This document shows positions 1 to 12,160 of a stretch of 54,258 bases of DNA, in pieces (position 1 is the stretch's first letter; every line of letters starts with the position of its first letter). The notes under the pieces were generated by a model, which was not told where the DNA came from, did not search any database, and was given only the letters and a program-made list of their open reading frames with translations. Location: the NCBI GenBank assembly GCA_001938485.1, contig MQRK01203540.1, forward strand, positions 18,914 through 73,171, read 5' to 3'. Both the position numbers and the translations under genes were made by a program. This DNA is from Girardia tigrina. Taxonomy: Eukaryota.

Positions 1-84
1 AAGATTTAATTTTATAATTTATAAATTTTATATTTTAATTTAGTCCATATAAAATTAAAATTAATTAATTTGAATTTATTAGAG

Positions 85-263
85 CATTTTTGAGATGCAG
101 AGATGCTAAAATCTCAAAAGGTCAGGCAGAAGAAGCCTACATAAAAAATTTCAGAACGATCGGATGAGTGGAAGTGGTGTAAAAAAGCGTGTGAAAAGTG
201 AAACATCACAAACAAACAGAAAGACAGACAGAACCCAAAGCAAGTTAAGTAAAACGTGGTAAT
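85..263. mobile_element. Possible end of a Helentron-associated/DINE-1-like non-autonomous element
   Basis: AAATTTCAGAACGATCGGATGAG core, an (ACAA/ACAG)n stretch and terminal GCAAGTTAAGTAAAACGTGGTAA resemble HINE-type ends; pattern recognition only. Confidence 0.35.
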
Positions 264-441
264 TTAATAAAATTCGTGTAATTCGTATTTAAATATTCAC
301 AATTATTTTAATTCAACCTTTCAAATACAAAATTTTCTAATGTCTAAGTTTTATTATAAATCTATTTACGAAAATTCTAGTTTTTTGCCGGGCTTTAGTT
401 CTGAAAAACTGATGATTTTGGTAAATTAACTAATTCTAACT

Positions 442-2213
442 ATGAATCAATTTAATGAACCAGTTACGATGAATTTGAAAAAAAATCAACTCAAAGGGCC
501 GTTTCTATTCGTAAAAGAAAAGATCTGTCTGTAACTGACAAATTGGAACTTCTGGAACAGTATGATTCTTGTGGTTCTGTTAGCCAAAGAGAAGCAGCAG
601 TCAAGTTAGGAATCTCTCAGCCTCTTCTTTGCAAGCTATTGAAGTCTCGGGATGAATTAAAAGAAATGAATTATGGTCACCAAAATGTCAGTCGAAAACG
701 GAAGAGAGAAGGTAAAGCATTGATCTTGAAGAAGCACTGTTAATTTGGTTTACACGAACAAGAGATAAAAATGCACCAATTACTCGTGATATTCTGTGTG
801 ACAAAGTCCATTCTTTGGCCGAGTCACTTGGTGTTACTGATTTCAACCCAACAGATAGTTGGTTGACAAGATGGAAGGTGCGTAACAATATTGTCTATAA
901 GAAATTTCATTGTGAAAAATAAGATGATGATAAGGCCCGTGCGGATTGCTGGTTGTCCGAAGTGTTGACAGAATATTCTCCTGCAGATATTTTTAATACT
1001 GATGAGAGTGGTTTATATTATCGTGCTATGACAGACAGCACCTTGAAATTTCACAAAGATAACGTTGCTGGAGGTAAAAAGTCTAAAGATCGTCTTACTG
1101 TCATTTTCACATGTATCATGGATGGATCAGAGAAAAGATGCCCTCTAGTAATCGGAAAAAGCGCAAATCCTCGTTGCCTTAGAAGAGTGAAGAATTTACC
1201 TGTTGGCTACAAAATAATTAAAAATGCTTGGATGACCAGTGTCATCTATACAGAAATGTTGCAAGAGTGGGATGTAGAAAATCGCCGAAAAAAGCGAAAA
1301 TTTTTGCTTTTACTGGATAACTGTACAGCACATCCAGAAGGCGTTCATCTCACTAATATTCAACTTCAATTCTTACCCTCCAATACAACATAGATAATGC
1401 AGCCTTTATAACAGGGTATTATTCATTGTACTAAAGCTCACTATCGGCGTTGCTTAAGACACAGAATTATTTCACTAATCGATGACGGTGAAAAAACAGC
1501 TCAAGAAGTAGTCAAAAGCATCAACTTACTTGATGCATGTCACATGCTGGCAACTGCATGGAGCACTGTGTCAACTGCTACTATTCAGAATTGTTTCAAA
1601 AAAGGAGGTTTTACAAATCCCACAATGAAATTTATTTATCCTGTCTATGAAGAGGACATTGAGCTATCTACTGGCATGAATGAGCAGGAATTCTTAAATT
1701 GGGTCAACGTCGACAGCATACTTCATGTTGTAGGAGAGGTCACTGATACTGATATTGTCAAATAAATTCAAAACCATAAACAAAGGGTATTTTATGAAGA
1801 GGACAGTGATTTTGATAATGGCACAGAAGACATGCCATTACGTCTACCTTCATGAAAAGAAGTGAATAACGCATTACAAAATTTGAAAACAACGATCGAA
1901 GTTCGTAGTGGCTCCGTGAAGGACTATTCAATATTTTATAAATTAGAAGAGTCAATTGGGCGACTATTACAAACTTCACTTACTCAAACAACACTGGAGG
2001 TATTTTTTACTGTTCCTCAACTTTAATACAGTACTGTAATGTGTACATGTGGACTATACTACACTGTAATACAACTCTATAAATGGAATTCATCAGTGTC
2101 CCTTAGTTGTTCAATGTTCAAAACAATATTTTACCGTTTTTCCACTTAATATTATCAGCCGGTTTATGTAATCAAATGGAGGCGACCCAATGTGATCACA
2201 TAAAGTGGCACTG
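442..2213 (+). mobile_element. pogo/Tigger DNA transposon with decayed transposase; right end present, left TIR not seen
   Basis: HTH (SQREAAVKLGISQPLLCK), CENP-B-type HTH, DDE motifs IFNTDESGLYY, KDRLTV, LLLLDNCTAH, FLPSNTT; frame with internal stops ends at TAA 2024-2026; right end GTGATCACATAAAGTGGCACTG followed by TA. Confidence 0.92.
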
Positions 2214-3048
2214 TATATATATATATATATATCCATGACATTTAGAAACCTATTTTTGAAGGCCTTTTACACCATCAATTTTCTTCAGACTTTGCACACT
2301 TACTCATTTTCAATGGCAATAAATAATAATTTGAAAATTTGATCAAAAAAAACTTTTTCAGGTCCCAAAATGGGAAAAACGAAAAATTCAGAGTTCATAA
2401 ACAATATTAATTGAAAAAAATATCTACTTATAAATTTTAAGTAGTTTATCGAAATTTTTACTGTGTTTTTTTTAAATTATTTATTTAATTAAAACTTTGT
2501 TGGCAAAGTTTTATATTAGTTTCAAAATAAATGTTAAACAAAGAAGTATCACAAAAATTTTTAATTTGTTTTACTTCTTCAAAAGAAATTTAGAAACATT
2601 TATTTTATAAGTCTCAGTCAGTGAAGACAAAAGGAAACTCTAAAAGTTAGCCAAAAACAGTTATTCTGGTAATTGTTAATTAATTAAAATAATATATCGA
2701 GGGCCGCTCTCCGTTCGCTAAAGATCATCGGAAATGCCTCGGACCTCTCGGAGCTTCCCTCCTTCCCATCACTGTTGGTTTCGACAAGATCGATCGATTT
2801 TCCGATTCACCCGAAACTCGGACCCGATGAATGCTTGCCGATATTCGGCATCGAAAGCAGTTTCAACTCAGCGCCGAAGAGCTCATCCTCGCCCAGGCGC
2901 AATCGAAACAATACCATTTCACCAGCAATCATTTTAATAATTTGCGTTATCAACAGAAATAAATAATTCGATCGATATTAAGATTTTTATTTTCTAATAC
3001 TATACAATTGAATATCGTTCCAATTATTTAAACAATCAAACTTCAAAC

Positions 3049-3051
<3 letters not shown>

Positions 3052-3092
<41 letters not shown>
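3052..3092. repeat. (TA)n microsatellite
   Basis: About 20 TA units read directly. Confidence 0.95.
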
Positions 3093-3094
<2 letters not shown>

Positions 3095-3233
3095 CTGACC
3101 ATATAAATATATATAGGTTATTTTTTTCTCTTTTTCTTTAACTTAAATAAAATTTTTTCTTTAATATAAAATATTATTTAAAGACAAGGAACAAAATATT
3201 ATTATTTGAAAACGAAATCGAACAGAAGTCATT

Positions 3234-4037
3234 CTAAAACTGAAACCATCTATGTCTCAAGATTTCTGGAAGTGATATTCGACCTTCGGGCATTTGATAT
3301 GTACATTTATCAATCAAGTCTTGGGCGTCATGGGAACATTTATCATAGGAGGACTTCCGATACGTTCTCGTAAAGTTCTCGTCTTCGAAGATGCAAATAA
3401 GTTCAATACAGTTAAACAAAGTACTTCCGAATGCGAATGACTGACTTTTTTGAATATCATACAGTTGATTGTCGAGAATTTCCGGACCACAGAAACCCAT
3501 TGTTCCTATCTTTTGATTCGTCTTGGGGTTATTTGTATTCGGGAAATATAATGCATCTTCAAAGTCAATGAATTTGATTTGAAAAGTGTTTTGATTGACC
3601 ATAATGTTTGGTGGTTTGATGTCGACATAATACATTCCATCTAGCGACAATTCCTCTAACGCTTCGGCTATATTGTAAAATATCTTCTTTAAAGTACTCT
3701 CTTCCCTTTGTGTATCCGTGTACACCAAAAGGTCAATCCAGTCTCCTGTCAAATGTTCTAAAACGATATAAAATTCGCTCTCATTTTCAAACCAATCGAG
3801 AACATCCGGTCGAATATTCGTATTTGTAACTCGTAAAATATTGGCGAGTTCTTTAGGAACTTGTGAGTTTGTTTTACGATCTTTTAAAACATAACGATCG
3901 ACATCTTTCTTCACAACTTTGATGATGACGGTTTGATGACGAAGGTTCGTCTGGCTGACATTTGTCGCGACATAGACTCCGCCTTTTTTCGACTCTTTTA
4001 TCGTTTTCAAATGTAAATAATTCTCGTTAAATTTCAT
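3234..4037 (-). CDS. Intronless divergent PIM-like Ser/Thr protein kinase (267 aa)
   Basis: VIIK lysine, VPKE alpha-C glutamate, PIM-like VLDWFE..FYIVLE..DL, catalytic loop YVDIKPPN, DFE in place of DFG, GT..GPE, C-terminal LRHRWF; intact ATG-to-stop ORF. Confidence 0.85.
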   Translation of the reverse strand: MKFNENYLHLKTIKESKKGGVYVATNVSQTNLRHQTVIIKVVKKDVDRYVLKDRKTNSQVPKELANILRVTNTNIRPDVLDWFENESEFYIVLEHLTGDWIDLLVYTDTQREESTLKKIFYNIAEALEELSLDGMYYVDIKPPNIMVNQNTFQIKFIDFEDALYFPNTNNPKTNQKIGTMGFCGPEILDNQLYDIQKSQSFAFGSTLFNCIELICIFEDENFTRTYRKSSYDKCSHDAQDLIDKCTYQMPEGRISLPEILRHRWFQF

Positions 4038-4748
4038 TTAATACAAATAATAATCATTATTATGGAAACAAATTTTTCTAACAAAATTGAAAAATATTTT
4101 CTATTAATTAAATATAATTTTGTTCATTTTAATTGAAATTATTAATTAAATTATATTAAATATTCAAAGAATCAGTCAGGATAATTTTTATAAAAAATTA
4201 TATTTTATTTTATAATCAAGATCCGTAAATTCTGTTGATTTTGTCTCCTTGCTCCTTCGTAAAACTTCCTCGGTATAAATAATCCTCTAAAGGAACCTTC
4301 AATTTCCTCAATTTATTGCTCAATATTTTTTATATAGCTCATCGAAGACATTTTTGAATTATTGATATTTCCGTATTTATTACATTTATCCTTATTTTCT
4401 ATAGATTTTAATTCATTATTTATAGGCTTAGAAACTTTTTTCTGTTGTTTACCCTTTGAGTAAGAAATTTTCATGATGTCTGCATATATATTTAGGTATT
4501 TTGAGATTGTTGGGTTCTTGATCAAGATTAGAATTCATTAACACCAAAATTTTATTTCCAACAACCAATGATTTTTTAAACAAATTTATGAGGAATAATG
4601 TTTCATTTTTTAGCATAACCAGATATCATATATGAAATATAAATAATGATATATAATTTTAGTTAATTTAAGTTTTATAATTCAAGTATAATAAATTATA
4701 ACTTTAAATGTTTTTTTACGAAAATTAAATCCAAATCTGTGTTTTTTA

Positions 4749-4823
4749 TTTATGAAGAAGACAGTGATTTTGATAATGACACAGAAGACATGCCATTACG
4801 TCTACCTTCATCAAAAGAAGTGA
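4749..4823 (+). repeat. 75-bp copy of the Tigger transposase C-terminal region (matches 1791-1865)
   Basis: Direct alignment with three substitutions. Confidence 0.9.
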
Positions 4824-5556
4824 CTTTTTTTTGTAACTTCTATTATAAATTATATATTATAAATTATAATTATAAATTAATTTTCTTAAACTATTGTTTA
4901 CATTTATTCATTTTTAACGAAATTAAATTATTTTAAAAAATAATTTTTACTTATAGAAAACTTCTTTAATAGTTCTTTCTTCTTAAAAAATTCATTTTAA
5001 TTAGAAAGACATTATTTTAGCTTATCTTAACTATAAATATGATTTTCAATTTTATATTTTAAAAATTTAAAGTTTACCAAAAAAACCACTAACAGTGATA
5101 AATAATGAAAGGACGCAGAGGACGTTCTTGTAATACGTAACATGAAATTTAAAGTTTTATACCCCTTTCTCCCCTTGTAATACTTTAAGTTAAAAAAGGT
5201 AAAACCTGTTCTTTCTATCTTTAATAATTTTTTGACCTTTTATATTGGGTCAATTACTAATTAATTAATTTTATTTTTTAATTTTAATTTATTATTTTCC
5301 TTTAAATGTTTACCCTTTTCTTATTCTTTTATTTATTTTTCAAATTTAAACAATTATTAAAATATAATTAAATACATTATTATACATTTTAGAATATTCC
5401 ATCAACACAGGTACAAAAAATAGGATTCTGACAATTTAATACATAAGGTACATAATACGTACATAAAATATACTTGTAAATACATATAAATATACATAAT
5501 ATGTGCATAAAATGTGCATGTAATACATTTAAATGTACATACAAATCATAAAACAT

Positions 5557-6304
5557 CTAAAATGGCAAAGGCTCTTTAGCTACAGCAGCCAGCAACTTCA
5601 TGCACATATTCGAGTAATAGTTTCTACGGTCCGTAGGTGTAACAGTAGCGATAGATTCCCAAATTACATCCACCGAAGAAAAGTATTTGATGGATGTGTC
5701 AAAAAGTTTCGGACCGAAAGCTTGACTTTAGAAATGACCTCTTCTATAGGACTCATCATTGGAGAATAGGGAGATGAAATATCAGGGTATGGTCAGTTCC
5801 CTCTAAAACATTTGACAACTCCCGCTTATAATGAAACCATAACCAACCAATTCGAATTCAACCCTTTTTCCTGGAGTTTTTAAAGCAAATTTTTCAAGAA
5901 GTTACTAAAAATTAAAGAATTCACCGCCGGCTTTTGGATGATTTAATGGTATATTATACCTTCTACATTCATCGCAGCAACCAACGAAACTTTTCTTCCT
6001 CTGTTTGTTGGAACCGTCAAATCACCGATGTGTTGACCCTTGACCTTGCCTTTCTTCGCCGCATGTGATAATTGAACCCGAATTCATCGATAAATATTAT
6101 CGATCTCTGATCCTGGCGAACGTTTCTCGAGAAACTTAAGGCGTATTCCACTCTTTCGACTAGAATTCGGGGTGAATTCCAATCCTCAAGCTGAAATGTT
6201 GTGCATTTGAGTGTTATTTTAAGCTTATTCAGGGCATTATGAATTGATGCTATCCCCGAGGTTACATTATTTAAGGACTGAATGTAATATTTTCTAATGT
6301 TCAT
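5557..6304 (-). mobile_element. Tc1/IS630-like (DDE_3) transposase remnant
   Basis: IIFIDEFGFN, RGRKVSLVAAM and PYSPMMSPIEEVISKVK motifs with stops and frameshifts. Confidence 0.85.
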
Positions 6305-6474
6305 AATGATATATAAAATGTAAAGGTTTTATGGTCAGGTTTTGACTTGAAGTGAAAAGGGTTTAATTTGAAATGAAAAACCTTTATTAAACTGTCCTTA
6401 AATATTTCTAAAAAATTAATTCAATATTAATTAATATTATTGATTAAAAATAATCAATTAAATTTGAAATAGAA

Positions 6475-7587
6475 ATGAAAGACCCCAAAATATTACTAGA
6501 TCAGTTATTTGCCCCACTCCCGTTAATTAAAGAACCACCGGAATCATCGTATAGAAAACTATGGCGACATTCCGATCAAAGTGGTACAAATAAATTATAT
6601 TTGACCGTTGTTGAAAATCCCGCATTACAAATAATCAAAAACGATAAGCGCGTCCGACGGTTCAGTAATAGCAAAGCGATTCTCTCAAACGAATGTGTAC
6701 CGCCGAATGCCGTTAAAATCACCCATCACAAAAAGTTACCTTTGAGTTACTTTCGTTCCGAACCGTTTACTCCATTTATCCCCGATCTCTTGCTTTATGG
6801 GATCAATAAAATCGAATCGGATTGTCACAGAACACACGACTGGTCGATGTATTACAATTGTCATAAAAAGGCTGATAAAGCTCAATCGGATGAGTTGTTG
6901 GAGTTCAATGTGACGAATCCAACGCACTCAGAAGAATTGAAAGATTTAATCAGGAAATGTTCGTCCGATACTCTGGCGTGGAGTATATTGAGATTTCTGA
7001 CGATTTTCGAACACAAAATCCTTCACATCGACACCATTAATTTGATGAAAATCTTAAACGAACCGCTTTACGACAAATTTCTCCGGCCGAATCCCGGAAT
7101 CAAGGAAATCGTAAGGGCTTGTGTGTTGAAAAGTTCGAGAACGGTCGTCGATACTCTGGCGTTCATCATGATCCATATTCTACACATCTGGGAGTACAGT
7201 AACATGCCTCATAAAACGAAAATCAAACTGTCGCGACTATTTGGACCGCGTTTGTTGAGTTTCGAAGATCCTATCTATTTACTGAACACAGACGATATTT
7301 CCAGTCCTCAGTCGGCGATGTTGGAGGCCATTTTAGAGATTTGTGATCACGATTTCTGGCTGACGATGAATTTCAATCAAAGGAAAGAGGTGTTCGACAA
7401 GGAGACGGATTTCGAGAGAAAGCGAAGTTTGAAGGCGATTAAACGTCGTGATAGACCATTGGAATTCGCGTTCATGTGTAATCCGTATTCGCTGTTTCCG
7501 AATGTTAATGAAAGTTGGCAAACCGAAGACGATGAACAATACAAAAATACTCATTTTTACAAAAGATTATTGAAAATGCTTCCTTGA
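6475..7587 (+). CDS. Intronless RacGAP1/CYK-4-type RhoGAP-domain protein, arginine finger absent (370 aa)
   Basis: PFIPDLLLYGINKIE ~ PMIPxxxxxCVNEIE; DTLAFIMIH ~ RDTLAFLMIH; KLSRLFGP ~ NLAKVFGP; Q..LE.IL....FW end; GLYR position reads SMYY. Confidence 0.75.
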   Translation: MKDPKILLDQLFAPLPLIKEPPESSYRKLWRHSDQSGTNKLYLTVVENPALQIIKNDKRVRRFSNSKAILSNECVPPNAVKITHHKKLPLSYFRSEPFTPFIPDLLLYGINKIESDCHRTHDWSMYYNCHKKADKAQSDELLEFNVTNPTHSEELKDLIRKCSSDTLAWSILRFLTIFEHKILHIDTINLMKILNEPLYDKFLRPNPGIKEIVRACVLKSSRTVVDTLAFIMIHILHIWEYSNMPHKTKIKLSRLFGPRLLSFEDPIYLLNTDDISSPQSAMLEAILEICDHDFWLTMNFNQRKEVFDKETDFERKRSLKAIKRRDRPLEFAFMCNPYSLFPNVNESWQTEDDEQYKNTHFYKRLLKMLP

Positions 7588-8113
7588 ATTATTTAATAGG
7601 AAAGGATTTATAGATCGAAATTGTAAATTTGTTGATGGATAACAAAAGCATGATTTGCGTAGGAATACAAATTTTGAAAGACTTTAAGATTTTATTAATT
7701 TAAATTATAACAATTTAATAACTTAAATGAGTCGAGGCGAAGAAATACTTAATTGTTATTTAATTAAGCTTTTTTATTTCTAATTTCCCATTTGATGAAA
7801 ATCCTAAACGAAGGCCTTTACAATAAATTTGACCGTTAATCTTGTTTCCACAAATTTAATAAGTAGTGTGACTCTGATAGATAGGAACAAACAAATAGGT
7901 CAAATTGAAAATAAATACTTTCTTTCCTATTTATTTAGAGATAGTCTCATTAATTAAAAGAATTTATATTAATTCTACCTCACAAAATTCTAGCCAATCA
8001 CAGAAAGGAATAGTCTAAATAATTTCATTTAATAAAAGAATTTCCGATGATTAAAATAATTTAATATAGAAGCATACATACTGCATGCACACACAGACCT
8101 ACTGCATGAAGAT

Positions 8114-8618
8114 GGGTAGAGGGTCCACCCAAACTAAAGAGTGCTACCTGCCCCCCGATAGGCCTCCTACGGGGACGGAGTGCTTCAGTCTCCGAAATTT
8201 CTTGGGCTTCCCTGTTGCAAACGACCAATCATGAATTGTGGTATCATGATTGAGCATCCCTTTGGCTGTATTGGTGGACTTGGTACAGCCGCGAAAGGGA
8301 CATTTGAACTTTCCCCTCGCATTTGGATCTGCGATCCTAAAAGACAAATGTGTATCTTCGGAATAAGTCGTTTGCTCCACCACCGTTGAAATAGTCGGGG
8401 TGACTGTTGCTGGCTGAAAATTGGTCGTTTGGATACGTGTGGGTTCTTCGTCTCTGTCTGGATTTTCGCTTCTTCTGTTGGATTGCACTAATGATTCTGT
8501 AGGATGTTCATTGATATTCTCCCTCGCTTCTATTCGATGATCTTTACGCAGATGCCTAGTGAACCATCCTTTTGTTTTGTAACCTTTGCTGCATTTGGTA
8601 CATTTAAACGGTTTTTCA
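8114..8618 (-). mobile_element. Fragment encoding two C2H2 zinc fingers, like the N-terminus of R2/NeSL-type non-LTR elements, between 13-bp direct repeats
   Basis: Open minus frame with CTKCSKGYKTKGWFTRHLRKDH and CPFRGCTKSTNTAKGMLNHDTTIH; ACTGCATGAAGAT at 8101-8113 and 8619-8631. Confidence 0.6.
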
Positions 8619-9317
8619 ACTGCATGAAGATATAACTTTACACACTAAAAAATTAGCGAATCATGTAAGACTTCGTGTTGCAATATTTAAAAGTAATTTC
8701 ATTTAATAAAAGAATAATTAAGTTTCATTTAATTTTTCAAAAAAAATGTCAAAACATCACAAATTTATTAAAAATCCTTAAATTTACAAAAATATTCAAA
8801 AATCTCATAACAAAACTATAAAAAATGAATTTATTTATTAAAGAATAATTAGCTTTACAAAAAAAGCTCCAAAAAATTTCTTAAAATGAATCGAATCGAT
8901 AAATGTCAGCTAAAAGTCTTCAAAAATGCTTCTCGGTAATATACAATAATAATAAGAAGAAATTAAATTTGATTTTCTATTTTCTCTAACTCCAGATAAA
9001 CAAACAATCGGAACGAAGATCGTACTGCAAATGAATCAAATTACAAACAGAAGACGAAGATTGGTCCGCATATTTACCCCTCAATCCTTACAGCAATGAG
9101 ATCTATGGGAAAACAAAAAAAACAGTCCTCATAAGGACTATAAAATTTGATTGGATGCGCAGCGCGAAACCAAGAGTATGGAGGGACTCAAAATAGAATT
9201 GATCGCTATTTATTTGGCTGATTGTCCTCCTAGGTTAACAATTTATCATTAGTAGATTAACTGTTATAGATTGAGTTATTTGAAAGTGAGGAAAGCTATG
9301 TTAAATCTATCAAAAGA

Positions 9318-9610
9318 TATCGGATGAGCGTAGAAAGATTATTGAGGGCGAGAGAAAAATAACAACCAGAGAATTGACCACGCATCTTGATATGAGTAAA
9401 GGAACTATTAGTCATTTGATCTAAGTAATGGGTATCAGAAAATTCTGCTACTGTTTCGCCCCAAGATTTTTAACAAATAAAATACAAGTTCATCAACTGA
9501 AATGTTGCAGAGAGAACCTTCAGATTGTAGGCGATGTTGGTAGTGTTTCTTGGATAGTATCATCATCATGGTTGAGACACCGTTATCACTGTACGTTTTA
9601 GAGTCTTAAC
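9318..9610 (+). mobile_element. mariner-type transposase fragment
   Basis: RKITTRELTTHLDMSKGTI HTH, RKF...FAPRFLT (WVPxxL equivalent), LDSII..ETPLSLY near the first catalytic Asp. Confidence 0.7.
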
Positions 9611-9836
9611 AGATATCTACAGACCTTAAATGCCCTAGAATTCAAATTTATAATTACAATTTTAATTCTTTTTTTCTTTAATTCAACAAATCCAGAACAA
9701 TTATCGAAATGAATTTTATAAAGGGATTTTTTTACGTAAAGTATAAAAAGGACAAATTCCAATAAAATTCTTTTGTTTAATTGTCTTTTCCTTATTAATT
9801 GAGATTAATTTATTTTTACATCAATAATCGAAAATT

Positions 9837-10028
9837 ATGGACGATCCCAGCATTTTGAAGAAATTAATCAAAGAAGGGTCTGGCGGAGCAAAACAGGGGA
9901 AGGGAATGACAGCCTTCGTGGGTTATACTGGCAGGCTGTGGGGCAGTGACCTCGATGGAGAGAAGAATGTGATAAAGATCTGGGATATTGGAGTTGGGAC
10001 AATGAAAAGGAAAGAAATGTGGCCTTAA
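9837..10028 (+). pseudogene. FKBP4/5-type PPIase FK1 domain fragment with internal deletion
   Basis: ILKKLIKEGSG..VGYTGRL..DGEK joined directly to VIKIWDIGVGTMKRKE; the FDSSxxRxxxFxFxLGxG segment is missing. Confidence 0.75.
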
Positions 10029-10444
10029 CGAGAAAGTGAAACGATCCTCTCCAGTGCATAATTTGAAATAAATAAAATCATCAGATTAATTAATAATTAT
10101 TAATTAAAATTATAAAATAGTTGAAATTGCTTTACGTCAGTAATGTTATATGTAGCAGCTAATGGTGAAACATTCTCAGTCAGAATAGAGGAATGACTAA
10201 AGATACATATCATTACTCCAGATTCTACTGATAATACCAAAAGTAGTCTTAAAAATTATCAAAGTTGGCTATAGTTTTGAAAATGGAACAAATATACAAC
10301 GAAATTATACAGCTTTATCACGGTAAACAGTCGAAATTGGTTACCCAACATTTTACTTTTCTGGGCCAAGGCTTTTATGAACCGTCCCCAATTTTCATTG
10401 GTCATTACCTAAAAAGAGAAAAAGATTTTGTTGACAAATTTTTT

Positions 10445-11140
10445 TTATGAAAAACCAAATTAATCTATTTTAAAATATATTTATTGACAATATATTTCGA
10501 CTGATCAACTGTCATCTTTAGGTCACTGATTAATAATTTTATTTACCTGTATATGAATGCAAGAATAATGATTATGTAATTGATTGCATGAAATGACGCT
10601 AATAAAAAAATCTCAATAAGCTGGTTGAAACTGCCGATTGAACATTGATTTTAGGCCAACGTGACCTAATTAACAATGCTTCACACGACACTCTCTACCA
10701 ATAACTTTCGAAATGCTGACATAGAATCTTGAAATTATCAATATTAACATCACATTTACATTTTTTCCTGTATTCTGTAATATTACTCTTACTCTCTTTT
10801 CGACCATGTTCTTGAAATCGTTTTGCAGAGATGACGGGCAGTCTCTCCAATGTATGTGGTATGTCACCCTTTTACATTTATATTCGTAAACAATATCAGA
10901 ACAAAATGTTAAAGGTGTAATAGATTTATTACTGAACATATTTTGAATTTTATGCGATCGTGATATAATTTTTAAATTTAATTCATTGTTAGTTGCTTTC
11001 AACATTGCATTTTTAAAGTCATACATGTGAACTAAATTATTAATTAGGGACCTGAATAGGGTGATCAGATTTGCGGTTGATCACTCAAAATATATTATCA
11101 ATAAATATGTTTTTAAATGGACGAATTTTGTTTTTCATAA
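10445..11140 (-). mobile_element. Penelope-like element remnant (GIY-YIG + 3' pLTR) with an inverted copy of its 3' tail
   Basis: FSNKS..IVYEYKC..TYIGETARHL; 3' end homologous to 17512-17745; about 11025-11140 is an inverted copy of about 10445-10555. Confidence 0.85.
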
Positions 11141-12160
11141 TAATAATAATAAATATATAATTTTTGTAATAAATCGACACAATTTGAACAATAATGATGA
11201 AGCCCATTAAAAAAGATTGAAGCATGAAATGCAACCTCTAATGAGGGAATAACAATTATCATTATTAGTTCCCAGAATCAGATTTACGTTCCGAGAAATT
11301 TGAGGAAGCAAATCGATATTCCCTGCGACGCATTTAAGATGGACAAGAAATTGTCGATACATGTTTCGAAGGCAATAGGCAATCAAAATCTTGCTTCCTG
11401 GATGGCAAGCAATCAAATAATGTCTGCGTAAATATCCTGTCAGGAAGTATGATGATTCCACCCTTATTTTGCCAGCAACACCTTTCATAATGGATAAATT
11501 GATAAAAGAATGCATCGTTTAGTGGCAAAATTAATAACGAAAATAATGCATTAAAAGAATAGAAAGTCAGTGTTAATAAAACACAATGATCTAGCAAATG
11601 TCGTGATGGATAATTTCTGTTTCATCACAACTCACAATGGGGTAGGCTGACTTCGCGACGACACAGTCCCAGACGCCTGGATTCGCTTCCAATGTCGAAA
11701 CGATTAGGAATAATGAAATACACTTCAAGATTTTTTCAATTGATTTCAATCTTTTAATGTTTTCTGTTTCTTTTGTTCTTTTATAAATGCGGGAAAATTA
11801 ACCCAAACATTTCACTTCGACTAATTGTTTTTGCTTCTTAAAAGAGTTTCTAGTAAATTACCAATTCAGTTGTCCTATTAATTTTAATATCGTTTTCATT
11901 TGTTTTCTATCCCTTGAAATAATAATATCTTGACAAAACAATTCCCATTGATTATGGTTCGAGTACCAATTGGAGTTTCAATGTTGTTCAAGAGGTCGCC
12001 TACAATCTACTGTATTATTCTAATTTCATTAAATCCCGATAATTAAGGTAGAACAATATTATTAATAATAACATCATGGTAATCCTTTATATACAAAGGA
12101 TTAAAAGAAGACCACCCTCTTCGAGATAAAAATCTCATCATCAGGTCAATCCCAACCAGG

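Noticed and set aside
4215-4540. Degenerate minus-strand coding-like stretch (..KLKVPLEDYLYRGSFTKEQ..)
   Set aside because: Needs several frameshifts and no family can be assigned.
6736-7554. Antisense ORFs over the RhoGAP gene, and similar ones over fezf and gag
   Set aside because: Mirror-frame shadows of real coding sequence.
11200-11730. Overlapping minus-strand ORFs of 87-102 aa
   Set aside because: No recognisable motif or consistent frame; probably a decayed unknown sequence.
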